64,000 nucleotides of DNA from Chrysomallon squamiferum (GCA_012295275.1 CM022675.1:11656001-11720000), one strand, 5' to 3'; counted from the first letter of the stretch, positions 1 to 14,892 are shown. Notes: generated by a model from the letters alone, not told the origin. A program made the numbers and translations.

Positions 1-156
1 GTTTGTGTTATAAACTTCTTCCACATTTTAAGAACTACTTGACTGTGTCAAGTTTCTTGTGTGGTTTGAGCTGCTATTTTTCTAACATCAAAACATTACA
101 CTCTGATTTTCTGAAAAATTCCAAAAAACCTCTATAATTTAATTTAAATTTTCTAA

Positions 157-390
<234 letters not shown>

Positions 391-1272
391 TAGTACCAGT
401 AGTTCCAGAGTTTGACAAGATATATGAGGTACAACTTAGCATCTCTTACACTGAAGAGTCTTAAAATATTATCATTGTTAACATTCAAAACAGAACCTTA
501 GATACTTCTAATATCTCAAAACTCTAAGACTTTTAAATCTCGTATGTGCTATCTTGATTCACAAAATGTTTTTATTTTTGGCCTCAAATACAAAATGGGA
601 TTGATTGGTAATGAAAAGAATCTTAGAAATTTCTGTTGAAATTTTATATTATTCTGAGAAAATATTTCGGTTACTCGTTGTTTGAAAAAGATTCTAGAAA
701 ATCACTGATCACTTTCACAACAACATTTCTTAAATGAACCATTTCCATCTCTTAATGGTATTTTTATAAATTAATGAAACGGGATGTAGGCTGCAACTAA
801 TCTGAGGTATACTGTTTTAGAGCCATTGTGGAGAACTGATCCTACAGCTCTTCATTCTGTAGACTACTAGAGTACCATCATATCTTGTTAGTTACAAAAA
901 ATATTGTAAGGGTTGTTAAACAGTTATTAATGGTATAAAATTGTAATATTTAATAATAAGTAATACAAAAATTAGTATAAAACTGGCCGTAATATCTCTT
1001 CTTTTTTAAGTAAATAATATGGTAAAAAATAATAAATAATTATATAAATGAATAAATAAAAAAAAAAAAAAAAAAGATTACAATAATGATAATAATATTT
1101 GTAATAGTAAGTACAATAAAAAAAATTTAGTAGCAGTAATAATATTATTTAATAACAGCAACAATCACAAGAATAGCAATAAGAAGAAGAGTACTTGTTA
1201 TGCTAGTTCAATAATAATAAAAATAACAATATTACGTCAGTCAGTTAACATTACATTTCTTTCTCTCTGCAG

Positions 1273-1420
1273 TTGGAGTATCAGAGACAACAGCTACTAC
1301 AGGAACGTCAACAGTTCCACATGGAGCAGATACGAGCTGCAGAATATCGAGCCCGACAGATCAGTCTGCAACAGCTGGCCTTGGAGCAGAGGCAGCAACT
1401 GTCGCAACAGTCAGGAGAAA
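1273..1420 (+). CDS. SMARCC2: SMARCC coding exon
   Basis: ctgcag|TTG...GAA A|gtcagt; LEYQRQQLLQERQQFHMEQIRAAEYRARQ continues the SMARCC C-terminal domain; phase 0-1 matches the next exon. Confidence 0.92.
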
Positions 1421-1921
1421 GTCAGTTGAAACAAATGTTTACAAATTACAGTTCTTAAAGGGATCCTTTTTCAAAAAAAAAATATCTAAATTTAGCATAT
1501 TTCTGAATTATACATATATATATTTTTTTTTGATGTCCAGTGTTAATTTTAATTAACTAAATAATATCAAGAACAGTGTTTTTCCATTTTTAATATAGTT
1601 CTGGCATTATTCAGGATAATAAAAATGCACAGGTAGTTAAAACAAAGTACAGATCTTAACATACATAATGAAGTATGACTTCATTTATGAAAGATTAAAA
1701 TGGCATTTTGCTGTAGTTTTGGTATTATCTCCAGTATTATTATTAACAAAAACAAAAATAAAAAAAATAAAAACTCACTGATTCAGATCATTCATGATAA
1801 CATGACACCACTCACAAAAAGGTAAAACAGAGGGAGACATATTTTATAGAATTATTTACCTGTGTTAATAATGCATCAGTTTATGAAAATATTAAAAAAT
1901 TAATTAATTTCACCTTTGCAG

Positions 1922-2058
1922 GCCCCCCTCCTGGCTCCTCTGCCAGTGCTCAGAACCCCTCCCTAGCGGCAGCTGTGGCTCAGGGCAACTATTCAATGCA
2001 CGGGTCACCGATGCCCCCCCAGGGACCACAGGTGGAGCAGGCGATGCAGGTATCACAG
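1922..2058 (+). CDS. SMARCC2: SMARCC coding exon, Pro/Gln-rich tail
   Basis: tttgcag|GC CCC CCT...CAG|gtaaat; phase 1-0; (S)PPPGSSASAQNPSLAAAVAQGNYSMHGSPMPPQGPQVEQAMQVSQ. An alternative in-frame donor lies at 2050. Confidence 0.82.
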
Positions 2059-2545
2059 GTAAATAGCGAAAAATTATATATTAGTTTATGTACTGATTCA
2101 GGTGTGCATGATTGTGGATCGAACCACCACAGTGGGAAAAAAAAAGAGTATTTAATTTAAAAATTATAGAGCTTGATTTGTTTGATTATTTGGTTTTGTT
2201 ATTTTATTTTTATATGTGTCTGTCCTTTTGAAGATTTCTTTAGATATCCATTGTTCTGCATTTATTTATTAATGTATTTCTTGTATTATTTATTTAGTTA
2301 TTTATTTATTTGTTTCTTGTTTGTTTATTTATTTATTCATTTCTTTATTAATTAATATATTAAATGTAATTGTTATTTATTTATTTATTTATTTATTTAT
2401 TTGTTTATTTCTTTGTTTATTTATTTATTAATTAATATATTAATGTATTTGTTGTATTATTTATATATTTATTTATTTATTTCTTTATTTCTTTATTTAT
2501 TTATTTATTTATTTATTTCATCTATTTAATGTATTTGTTACTTAC

Positions 2546-2576
<31 letters not shown>

Positions 2577-2625
2577 TTTGTTTAATTCTTTATTTATTTA
2601 TTAATTAATATATTAATGTATTTGT

Positions 2626-2656
<31 letters not shown>

Positions 2657-2660
2657 CCAG

Positions 2661-3476
2661 GGATCGCCAGCACCTTCATCTCAGTCATCATCTCAGCCAG
2701 CAACACCTCAGTCTCAGACTCCAAACGTGGCACCAACGCCAACACCAACACCACCACCACCACCACCTCCATCAACAACAACAACAACAGTCGGAGCAGC
2801 AACACCATCATCATCATCATCCATGCCTCCGTCGATCCCCAGCCAGGCATCGTACCCACAGGCTCAGTCGCCCCACCCTCCAGGACCCCAGAGCATGCCT
2901 CCGTCGTCTTCGACGAACATGACCCTCCAGAGTCCGCACTATCCCCCTCCTCATCCCCCGAGTCAGGGGCAGACAACTCAGTCGTCCTACTCGTCGCATT
3001 CGCCTGCCCCCAACTACCCTCCGAGTCAGTCGTATCCACAGCAACAGCAGCAGCTTGGTCAGCAACGTTTTCCTCCTGGACAACAACAGCAGCAGCAGTT
3101 TGCATCGCAGCACTCGGGTCAGGGTTCGTATCCATCCCAGTCTCAGTCTCCCTGCCTTTCATGCCGCAGTCGCAGAATCAGCCGTCTTACCCCCCAGGCC
3201 CCCCCCCCCCCCCCCCCCCTCACGGGCCGGGGATGCCCCCGTCGTCTTCGTACCCGTCTCCCCAGGGGAGTGGCCAGTTTTCACCACACCCGCATGGCCA
3301 GCCCCCTTACCCGTACGGTCAGAGTCAGCCGACGCCCTTCGGCTCCCAGCCCGGAGGCCAGCCGTACCCACCCCAGCCTGGACCCTACCCTCAGGGACAC
3401 GCCCACGGAATGCCGCCCCAGAGCACACCTCTACCCCCCACGGGACGAACGTCAGGACCACCAGGTGCTTCCCCAG
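2661..3476 (+). CDS. SMARCC2: SMARCC large Pro/Ser/Gln-rich exon, with an apparent 1-nt deletion near 3152
   Basis: ttccag|GGA TCG CCA...CCA G|gttggt; GC-rich island. The P/S/Q/Y composition runs in the 2616 frame to about 3152, then continues in the 3161 frame, whose phase-1 donor matches the terminal exon. Confidence 0.82.
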
Positions 3477-4710
3477 GTTGGTAGATTTTTTTTTTTTTTT
3501 TTTTTTAATGTGTTATTTAATAATCCTTGAACATTATTTATTCACCCAGTTTCTTAGCTAGTAATAATATTTTAATATATTTATTTCAATACCTTTTATT
3601 TATTCACCCTGTATATAGATTTTTTATAATAGATAAATATGTTATTTTATGAAGTGTATACAGATTTTTAAATTGTGTAAATATATTATTTACCTTGGTA
3701 TATTTATTTTTAAAATCTATAAAAAAATTATATTAAAAAAAATAAAAATTAAATATTAAAAATAATTTAAAAAGGTTAGTTCTTAGCACCAAATTTAACA
3801 AACATTTAAAAAAATAAATAAATAAAAAAAAATAAATAAAATATAAATAAATAACCCTTAGAAATCACATTTTCTCATACTTACAATTTTTTGTCTCTGA
3901 AATACTAAATATTTAAACATAATTGATAAACAGTGACTGGTATTAATTAATTTTTGTGCAAACACTATGCAATACCTTTAATGAAAACAAATATTTAAAA
4001 AGAGTATGTATGCGCATGTGTGCATGCATACATGTGTGAGAATGTGTGTGATTTAAATTGAAAGGATATACACACACACACACCATATAAATGAATATTT
4101 TTCAGCTAACAGTACCTAATTAATAATGTAAACGTATGTAACTAATAGGAACTATTATATTGAGGAATATCTGCCTTACCCTTTGTATTGGTTAAGAGAA
4201 ATTTGATTGTGTGTTTTTGACTTATTTGACAGACATGTTCTAAGTAAATTTCTAAGGCAGCGGTGAGTCTGATACTGTCAGTTTTTTGTTGCTCTTGTTG
4301 TTGTTACATCATGGTTATGGTTTGCTTTCATATGAAAAATTAAGTTTGACACACACACAGAAATATTGCTGGCCTTAGGATTTCATCTTTCGTGGATGGG
4401 GGGTAGTGTTTTTTGTTTCGTTTTTGTTGGGATTTTATTGCATAATAAATGATAAAATGAATAAATAAATAAATAATGGTAGCTGTTATTTAAGATAAGA
4501 AGTGTTCTTTGTGAAACAAAAAACAAAAAAGTATTTCTGGGCTTTTGAATAGCATTAGTGTTTTTTCTGTTGTTGGTTTTTTGTATGTTTTTTGTTTAAT
4601 TTATTTATTTATTTATTTTATGTAGTAATAAATAAATAATTGTTTAAGAAAGATCAGTGTTCTGTACAACAAAATATTGTCTTAGAATTTCATGTTCTTA
4701 AATAAATAAG

Positions 4711-4741
<31 letters not shown>

Positions 4742-4899
4742 ACAAATAAATAAATGCTTTCTAATGAAACATTGCTTTTCTTTTCTTTTCTTTTTCTTTT
4801 TTTACTTTATCTTTTCTTGTCTTTTTTTAAATTTTATTTATATATATACATACATATGAGTGTGTGTTTGTGTGTGTATATGTATGTATGTACGTGTGT

Positions 4900-4936
<37 letters not shown>

Positions 4937-5766
4937 GCAGTTTGCTGGCCTTTATATTTCAAATTCATTGTTGGCATTCTACAGCACAAATTAATTAACC
5001 ATAAATGCATATGCATAAAAACTGATTAAAAAATCATATTAAATCTAATCTAAAATATATTTGTTCAATAGTTTATTCTTTTTGAAAAGAAAAACATTAT
5101 GAATTTGCACAATTGTATGTTATAATACATCTGTATTTTTTTTAACAAATTGGAATTATTATTATTAATTTATTTAAAAAGAAATAAAATAATTATCACG
5201 CTTAATGTCCAAATAAAAAAATATAATTAAAATATTTATTTTTAGCTTTGATGTTTTGATATAATTGTCTAATTATCCAGTAGATGGCAACATTAAAAAC
5301 AGTAACTATCACTGCTTTGTACTTCATTTACAATCAAGCTGTTATCATTTTTAATGTTAAATTAAGAGTAATGAATTATAAAGAAATAAAGAAAGAAAGA
5401 AAGAAAATTTTAAAACTTTTAAATAGAAAATAACTGAATACAACTAAAATTAAAAAACAACACAAAAAAAAACAAAAGAAGATTATTATTAAATATATAT
5501 CGATATTTGATAATAAAAAACGTTAGGAAAAATTAACAGTATAGAAACACACTAATTACAAATTACATATTCCATTATTAATATTCACGTCAAAATTTAA
5601 CATGCTTTTTCTTTTGAAAACCTGAGGCCTGCTTACATATTTATTTATTTATTTATTTATTTATTTATGTATGTATGAATTTATTTTTTAACTATTAATT
5701 TTAACCATTAATATATTTGCATTTTAAAATGGCTGTATTAATATCTGAAATAAGGAGAGCTCTACT

Positions 5767-5798
<32 letters not shown>

Positions 5799-7597
5799 GT
5801 CATACTAATATATTGTGGCTTATTTTATTCTGCTTATTATTCTTTTTAATTTTGCATACTGTAATAACTGTTTTTAATTATTATTTAAAAATAAAATAAT
5901 TAACTTCCTATATACGGCACTGACATTATTTACTTATTTATTTGTAAGTTTATTTATTACTTAGCAATCACTTTCTATTTTACAATGCTTTTAAATATAA
6001 ATATATTAGAACAGAATTAACAATTTAACATTATAATGTTATTGTTATGGCAGTTTATTTTAAAAAAAATAAAAAATAAAAAGATGATGAATTACTGTGT
6101 GTATATGGTTGCACAAATTTTGTGTTCAAAGTGGAATCATTTTAGGTTTTGTTTCCAAAAGTTTAATTTTTTTTTTTTTTTTTCCATCCAGAATGTTGTC
6201 TGTTCATTTGCCAGTCTGTCACTTTGTCTTTACTTCTGTTTTTGGTTTTTTGTTTTTGTTTTGTTTTTTTTCCATCAGATAATTACTTTTTTATTTATTT
6301 ACATATTTTATAAAATTTCACTTTATATATTTGAAATTACACACGTTTTTCTTTTCAAAAAGCATTTTAATCAGAAAAGAAAAAAAAAAAATAGTAAAAG
6401 AAAAATCCTGTTAATGTCGTTATCATCATTATTATTATTTTTTTTCTTACTTTTTTGTTTATAAAATAAAGTATATATATATATATATGTATATAAAAAT
6501 CATAAGAACTAAATTTAAAATATATATAGTTAATATGCATGTGAAAATATAGCATGACTTGCGTTGTCACATAAATTATTGTATTAAAAACAATTTCGTG
6601 TTGTCAGTATTTTTGATTAAATATTTATATTTTATCATTCACACCTATTGCTATTGTTTTTAATCAGCTTCACCTTTTTTTTTACTTTATTATATTACTG
6701 GTTCAGAATCATTCCAAACTGATAAAAACTTTTAAATCTGAAATTTTTTTCAAGATTGTGATATCTATTATTGTTATCCAGTTGACGTAATGTTCACAGA
6801 TCTTATATCTTTTATTTAAAAAAAAAAAGTTATATTAAATGCCAGTAGACTGTATTTACAAGTTGTATGTAAAATAACCAATGAATGTCATGTTTAAACT
6901 TTGATAACATTGTAAGGCTGTTTCCTTATACTCTGAATGCTGAAAAATTCCAAAATCTGAAATATTTTGGATAGTGGATTGTCGGTGAAATTGTTTCTTA
7001 CTGTTTCTGATCAATGTCAGTTTATTTGAATTTTCAAAATGTCAGATGATGAAATGTATGTATCAAATGAAATAATTTTGCATTAAAATATTTGAGTTAA
7101 ATGAACATACATATATACATACATACAGAGAGTGAGAAAGATTGATAGATCTAAGACCAGATATATTTTCATTTTTACGTTTTAAAATTTCTTCATTATA
7201 TTCACACATTTATTTTGCCTTATTATTTTCAAGCCTGTTTTTTGATCATTTTCCATAGTATTTAATTATTAATTGAAAGGAAATGTTAATTATAGTCCAT
7301 TTTTCCTGTAAATCGTTCAAATCAGAGATTGGCCCTAAATCAGAGTAGATTGATTTTTTAGCCAGTTTGAAACCAGACTGTTACTTCTTAATTGGAGAAT
7401 GCTATATTTAGATCTACTGGAAATTAATGTTTTTATTTTCATTAAAACAGTACAATCTCTTTACAAAAGAAACCCCCCCAAAAAGTAATTACATTAATAT
7501 AAATAAATAAATAATTTTATAATAGTCACCGCAGATTATTTAAGGTGACATTTAAACTAACTATTAATATTTTATTTTATTTTATTCTATTTTACAG

Positions 7598-7680
7598 GTG
7601 CCTTTAATCCTGGAGATGAAAGTGGCATGAGTCAGCCCCCCCCACCACCACCACCAAGTCTCCCCCCAGCAAAACAGTAA
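7598..7680 (+). CDS. SMARCC2: SMARCC terminal coding exon
   Basis: tttacag|GT GCC TTT AAT...AAA CAG TAA; (G)AFNPGDESGMSQPPPPPPPSLPPAKQ*; phase 1 matches the donor at 3477. Confidence 0.8.
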
Positions 7681-7855
7681 CTTCACCCCCCACACCCCAT
7701 CTTCATCAGAAAATAATCATGTTGTATGAGTATTGTTACATCATCGTGTATAATAATTAAAACCTTTCTTTGTAAAGTCTGTTAAAAATAACTTTATTTT
7801 ATTTTATTTTTTCTTCAGAAATTGAAATAAATAATAATATTATTATTATTATTGT

Positions 7856-7899
<44 letters not shown>

Positions 7900-10800
7900 G
7901 GTCCGTGTTTAAAAGATAACTTTAATGAAACAAAAATGGAAATTAGAATACGAATTTTTATATTTGTTTTTGTTTTTAGATTAACCTTATCAAAAAATGT
8001 ATATATTTTATAGCTTTATTTCTTTTATTTTAATTTTTTTTTAATTATTATTAATATTATTTTTTTGAGATTATAATTAATAAAAGATCTGAAATCAAAA
8101 TAGCAAAACAGTTTTAAAAAATAATAATAAATAAATAAATAAATAGTAATAAGTAAATACTGAAAATTAAATCTTTCAGTTAAAAAAAATATTTTTTTTG
8201 TCATTAAAAGTACTATTTATATAATGCATTTATTATTATTATTTATTTATTTATTCATTTATTTTTAATTTTAATTTTTTTATATATATATATTTTTTTT
8301 TTGTAACTTACCATAAAAACCAGTAATACATGCAATGCAGTACATACCCTGAGGTTTTTCTCAGCTCAGATCTACCCCCATCAAAATATGGAACAAAAAA
8401 AAACAAAAAACAAAATTCACGTTCCTGTTCCATTCTCTTTCATCATATTCAAACAGAAATGACGAAAGACAGTTATCTAAATAGTGGCTGTATTTACTTC
8501 AGTGTGTACTGAAATACATTATTTGAAATTCTTATCCCTGTATTAAACTGAAAAAAAAAAAAGGGAAATAAAAAAAAATATAAAGGAATCATTCAGGAAT
8601 CACAAAAATCAGATTTGTTCTTAAGCCCATAGAAGATAACAAAATACAAATGGTAAATAATTTGGTAAAATAAAATATGTTTTACCAAAGTTTTGAAGGA
8701 TTTATATGTTTTATTACTTTTTATTTTTTATTTTTATTTTTATTTTTTTTTTTTATGTATTTTTATGATTATTATTTTCATTATTATTATTATTATTTTA
8801 TTATTTTATTATTTTTTTTAGAAGCGTTATTTTAGTTACTGTTATTTTTTTATACATATATACTTTTTAATGAATATTAACTTTTAAATGTTATTTTATA
8901 AGTATTGTTTAACACAGTGCTGTATTTGTGTTTTGTAAAATGATTATGTCAGAAGACGGTATTGTTCAGTTTCTGTTTAATCTTCTGAATTTCGCTATAC
9001 ATGTTCATTTCTTAATCCATTCAGATTATACGTTATTAATCTGCCATTTTCAAAGATAAATCAGGAGATAAAATTGATCATTGTTTTTCAGGTCATTTTT
9101 AATTTGTTTTTCAATTTTTATTATTATCATTATTATTATTTATTATTATTTATCATTATTTATCATTATTTATTATTATTTTTATTATTATTTATTATTA
9201 TTTTTATTATTATCATTATTATTATTATTATTACTACTATTAGTACTAAACTATAGTACTATTATTATTAATTGTATTTATTTGTATCTTTATTTTATTT
9301 TTTGATTTTTTGAATGATGAATAGGCACGCATATACTAATGGCAGCAAAATATTTTTCTTCCCACGCAATTGGTGAACACTTTTTTTTTTTTTTTTTAAC
9401 TTTTTATCTTGTAACAACAATTTCAGTGAAATCATGGTTTGATCATGTTATACATGGAAAATTGTATAAGGTGTAAAAAAAATATTGTGTTTTTTTTAAA
9501 TATTTTTTTTTTGTTGTTGTAAATAAAAAAGAGATCAAATGCTATAATCACTGTACTAATTTTTTTTTTTTTTTAATGTCTTTATGTCGATCAATAAAGA
9601 TATCTTAGCTAAAGTTTTCTTATCTTTTTTAATGTTGGCTGAAGTAATTATTTCCTGTTCTACTGTGTGCTCCATGTTTTCAATGTTTTAATATTATTGT
9701 TAATAAAAAGCAGCGATACATACTTTTTCCTTGTGTCAAATGGGGGGAGGGAGGGAGGGAGAGAGAGACACACAGACAGACAGACAGACAGAAAAACAGA
9801 TATATATATATTTATATAAACAAATGGGAACAGGAGATAAAATGAATATGTGTGTAAATGTAAAAAGTGAGTGATGCAGAAAAATAAAAAACTACTTTTT
9901 AAAATTTGTTTATTTAAACAAGTCTGTAACAAATAGATTTGCAAAACATAAACATGCATTTCATGTTTGAACTCATTACAATCACCTATATACAACAGTC
10001 AAAATGTTATTTTTATTAAAAAACACAGTAAAAATAAAGTAACGTACAGAATAACAACTTTGTTTTTAATTAATTTTTAAAAATTCAACAAAGTAAAGAG
10101 AATGCAAACAAATTTACCTGATGCGTTAAACTGGAAAAAAAAAATATATGAATAAAACACTACATACTTAACAACAATACAAAAACATTCGAGAAATACT
10201 CTTTACAAGCTTGTATATTTGTTTTCATCATTATTAAGAATTTTCTAATTTTCAAATACTCAGAAATTTATTTTTATATTTTCCAAACATTTGTTTTTAT
10301 ACATATATATATATATATCCAAATTGTTTTCATACATTTTCTCTCTTTTAGTCATTCTATTTTTATTCTATTTACCATAATTTTTTTTATAAACAAAACT
10401 GTAAATATGCTCAGTATATATTCATCGCTGATGTATTCCAAAATTTCCTTGTTTGTATATTTACATACAAACTCAAAATACATAGCTTTCCTATTCAGAA
10501 TTAGTGTGTTAGTGTTTTGAGTAATCTATAGTTAATCAAAATAACATCAATTAATTATTTCTACAAAGGCTTGTTTGAAAATTGATGTCTAAAAATATAT
10601 TTATTATATTTTTACACGTATTTAAATTAATTTAAACACAACTATGTACCAGAATATATTTAAATGCACATAAATATGACTTTCAACATTTAAGTGCATT
10701 TAAAGAATTTGTTGTTTACAAAATTTATGGCAATATGGTGTTACGCTAGCTGGGTGAAATTAAGAATTTCAACAAACTGAAATGGCTACAAATATAAAAA

Positions 10801-12446
10801 CAATTGAATAAAATTATGATGATGTTGATGATAACACCATAATAATAATGATGAATAATAATAAATAATAATAATGATGAATAATAATAATAAATAATAA
10901 ATAATAATAATTACAAGGACAAACACATACTAAGGAGGTTCTCTGTTCAGTAATCACTGTTTATGCTTTTATTTCACGGACCCAACTCTACAGGGAGAAA
11001 TGTGCACTAACAGCTGTTGACAAACACAGTAATGATGTTGATGATGATGAGGTTATATTAAAAAAAAAAAGAAAAAAAAAAAGAATTCTGTTTCTCCTTG
11101 AAAAGCAGTCTGAGAAAAAATGGCAGCAGTGATTATATAAAGTAATGAAAAACTGAAAGAACAAAATTATGGCAAATCAAATAAAAAATAAATATATAAA
11201 ATAAATTTAAATATGGTAACAAAATTAACAAAATAAAACTTCAAAGATATTTAAAATAGGGTTATTCATAAGCTTCGTATTAAATATAAATATGACTGAA
11301 AAGATTTTGAGAGATCAGGTTTTTGAAATTGTAATATAAATAAAACAGAATTCAGTAGTTGTATTAATAAATATGTCTTACACAAATAACATCTACCTGA
11401 CTATATTAAGTAAATCACCAACTTGGAGTAGCAGAGATCATATTTAAATCTTGTTTCTTTTTAACAGTGAAAACGAAAGAAAAAAAGACAAAGACAATTA
11501 GACATTTATTAATTTGTACACCAAAATAAATTGATAAGATGTTTTGTTCTTTTAAAAAATTTTAAAACAGAATTTTTTGTTATTTTTATTATTAATGTTT
11601 TTATTATTTATTAAATCCTTGAAAAATAAAACATCAGATTTTTTATTTTAAGTATGTATGTAACATACACACTAATAATTTCATTAAAGACAATTGCACA
11701 GAATTTTAACAATTGAACAACATCGGGAATGAATTAAGAACAAGAAAAAACATTAATCTTTTCACTGGACAAACATCAAGCACTGCATTCTGGGATAGAT
11801 ACATCATGGAGGGAAATATATATAAAAAAATTAAAATGGTTATATATTTTAAATTCCTCATGCACTTAAAGCACAACATGGTAGAGAAAAAACTGGTCAC
11901 ATGAATTAATTGAAAATATCTACTTGGTTGTTTGTAATATTTGATGTGAATAAGAAATATCACAAAATTTAATAATAAAAACCTAACTAACTTGGATATT
12001 ACAGATTCTAAATTAAAAGAGAAGAAAAGGAATAATAATAATAATAATAATTATTATTATTATTACTACTATTATTATTGTTATTATTAGTAGTAGTAGT
12101 ACTAGTACTATTTATTTATATATTTTTTTATTTAATTTATTATTGTTATTTTTTAAAGTTAAAAATCTAAAGTTAAAGAAATAATATTATTTCAAATATG
12201 AAATATTACTATAAAATAATTATATTACCTGATACTACAAATTTTACATGCTCCAGATAATAGTAATATTGTTTTATATCAGTTAAAAATATCACAACAA
12301 AAAATAAACTATTGCCTCTCCATTTTGGGTCCATATAATACTATAAAAAACTTTGGATTCTTTTGTCCTTTTAATATCACTTGACTGTAATTAGAAATAC
12401 TATGCAAGAGAAATTGGCAAGAAATGACTATACATACATACATACA

Positions 12447-12482
<36 letters not shown>

Positions 12483-13595
12483 TTTTTGTTTTGTTTTTGT
12501 TTTTGTTTTGTTATGACAGCAAGAAAAACTCAAATTTGTTTTCATGTTTACCAGATTCTAAAAAGATATGGTGGCAGGTTCAGTTGTTTGAAATGAATTG
12601 TTTAGAAAAAGTATGAAATGAATAAACAAATAGTTTATACAACATGTTAGAACATAAATGCAGCAATGACACAAAGAGTTTACACTTTAAAACACACAAC
12701 AAAAATGAACACATCATGTTATTAGTTTTAATTAGCAAACAGTTCACTTTAAAAAAAAAAAATAAATAAATAAACAAAAACAAGGTGACAAAGTAACAAT
12801 TTTACACAAACACAAATGGTAAAAAAATAAAATTCATTATCTTACTAAATTGATCAAAATGTCAGACAAACAATAGATATTTTTTGAAGCACTATGCCAA
12901 TTGTATGATGCATCAATGGAACAGTAACAGTTAATTCTAAAAGTTAAGTATAAACTATATTACTGTTATCTTTTGCAGAGTTTATATATATCAAAAAAAT
13001 AAAAATAAAGAACAGTTAATAAAGAAACTGTCATGCAGACATATATATAAAGGTTTTGAAGAGATCCATAACAAATTTTTGTGGATATATATATATATAT
13101 CTGGATGCCTTTTGTGATTAATATATATATATATATATATATGACAGGATTGATATGGATATAATATGCAGACACACACACAATTCATTGATGTTCAGTA
13201 AGATTTTAACCAACTACTCCACAAATGAAACATTTTCAAATTAAGTTACCAAAAAGAGCAATTAGTCAGATTTTATTTCTAACTACACGAAGTATATAAA
13301 AGCAGTTAAGACTTACAAGCTTTTAATTTTGACCACAAGAAGTAGTGAAAAGAACAAATAGATAAAGTTTATATTTTTTTCTGCATGAACATCTGTATAG
13401 ATTTAATTTTTTATCCACCGTCAAAGAGATTGGTTTTATTTTTGTCGAAGTGAAATAGACAAATGAACAATTAGACATAATTTAATTTTATGTACAGAAT
13501 AGAAACATTTCTTTTTTCTCGTTCATTGTTCCAGTTTTCTGCATTTATTATCTTCAGCAGTATCCATTTTAATGTCATGTTTTTTTTTTTTTGCT

Positions 13596-13893
13596 TCTAA
13601 TTATTTTTCAAATACCACTAATCATTTTTTCAATAATCATTAATAATATTTCTTCAGTAATAACTAATTACTTCACTCATTACTAATTATTTTTCAACAA
13701 TGTTTTTCACAATTACCACTAACCGTTTTGCAATTGTCACTAATTATTATTCAATTACCACTAACTGTTTATCACTAATTATCTTTCAATAACGTTTTTT
13801 TTTTTTCAATTGTTTTTCAATTATCACTAATTATTTTTCAACTGTCACTAATTATTTTTCAATAAACACCAATTATATTTTCCTATCACTAAT

Positions 13894-13895
<2 letters not shown>
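13596..13895. repeat. Degenerate ~21-bp minisatellite (cactaattatttttcaa core) just downstream of the TBC1D5 stop
   Basis: The motif 'cactaattatttttcaa' and variants recur about a dozen times, followed by (CA)n at 13897-13948. Confidence 0.7.
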
Positions 13896-13947
<52 letters not shown>

Positions 13948-14016
13948 ACTTTAAAGGCTAAAAGCAGCAGCAGAAGAAGAAGAAGAAGAACAGTTACACA
14001 CACACAAAACGCGCTG

Positions 14017-14505
14017 CTACACAGCATCAGTATCCATGGCAACGACACCATACAACGGATTGGGGCTGACGTCGCACATTTCCGGCGAAACGCTGCTGTT
14101 GTGGCTGCTGCTGCTGTTCAAGCTGCACGTCAGCGCACTGTCACCACAACCGCTGGCCGAATCGGACAGGAAAGAGGACTGGGGACCGTTGGACTGCTTC
14201 TTCCTCACGTAGTCCTCCAGCTCCATTGCCTTCTCTCTGCTCTGCGACAGACTCATGCTGCTGAAGGACTCCGGGGAATCGGACGTCTCTGGAGTGTCAT
14301 CGCTGCTCATGTAGAACAGCTTGCCCTGTCTGCCTCTGCTGGTGTTGCTGGTGTTGCTGACCGATGTGGTTGCGTCGACCAGAAGGGCCTGTGGCCTGTG
14401 CGAGTCGAGGTTCTCTTCTTTGTAGAAATCGTCGTTTATGGCGATTTCGTCCTCGTCCAGAAGGTTTTGTGAAAACTTCAGAGTTCCGTTGAGCACGTCC
14501 CGGAC
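14017..14505 (-). CDS. TBC1D5: TBC1D5 terminal coding exon
   Basis: accag|GTC CGG GAC GTG CTC AAC GGA ACT CTG AAG TTT (VRDVLNGTLKF; compare IKDILKGSLRF as recalled for vertebrates); Ser-rich tail ending in TAG. Confidence 0.9.
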   Translation of the reverse strand, partial: VRDVLNGTLKFSQNLLDEDEIAINDDFYKEENLDSHRPQALLVDATTSVSNTSNTSRGRQGKLFYMSSDDTPETSDSPESFSSMSLSQSREKAMELEDYVRKKQSNGPQSSFLSDSASGCGDSALTCSLNSSSSHNSSVSPEMCDVSPNPLYGVVAMDTDAV

Positions 14506-14812
14506 CTGGTATGAAAAATAATAAATTAAAAAAAAAATGTGTGTGGTTAAGTTTGCAGCTGTTTTTTTTTTTAATTGTGCTTTCAGTTTTTTTGTAATTA
14601 TTTTAATTGTGATGACTTCAGATGTTGTTGAAGTACTGATATGAAACTATTAATGTCAATTTATATCAAGCATTTGTAAGTTTTTGTAAATTATTTAATT
14701 CTAAAAAAGCTGGTGTTCTTAGAAAGATTTCTATTTTCTGTGATCTAATTCAGAATTTGTTCAAATCCTCTGGCAGATAAATTAAATAAAAAATAAATAA
14801 ATATAAAAGCAA

Positions 14813-14819
14813 ACACACA

Positions 14820-14892
<73 letters not shown>
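14813..14892. repeat. (CA)n microsatellite
   Basis: Directly visible. Confidence 0.9.

Noticed and set aside
2647-3561. Overlapping ORFs 2647-3162(-), 2817-3113(-), 3055-3561(+) and 3159-3461(-)
   Set aside because: Shadow frames of the GC-rich SMARCC exon.
14101-14472. 123-aa + strand ORF
   Set aside because: Antisense shadow of the TBC1D5 last exon.
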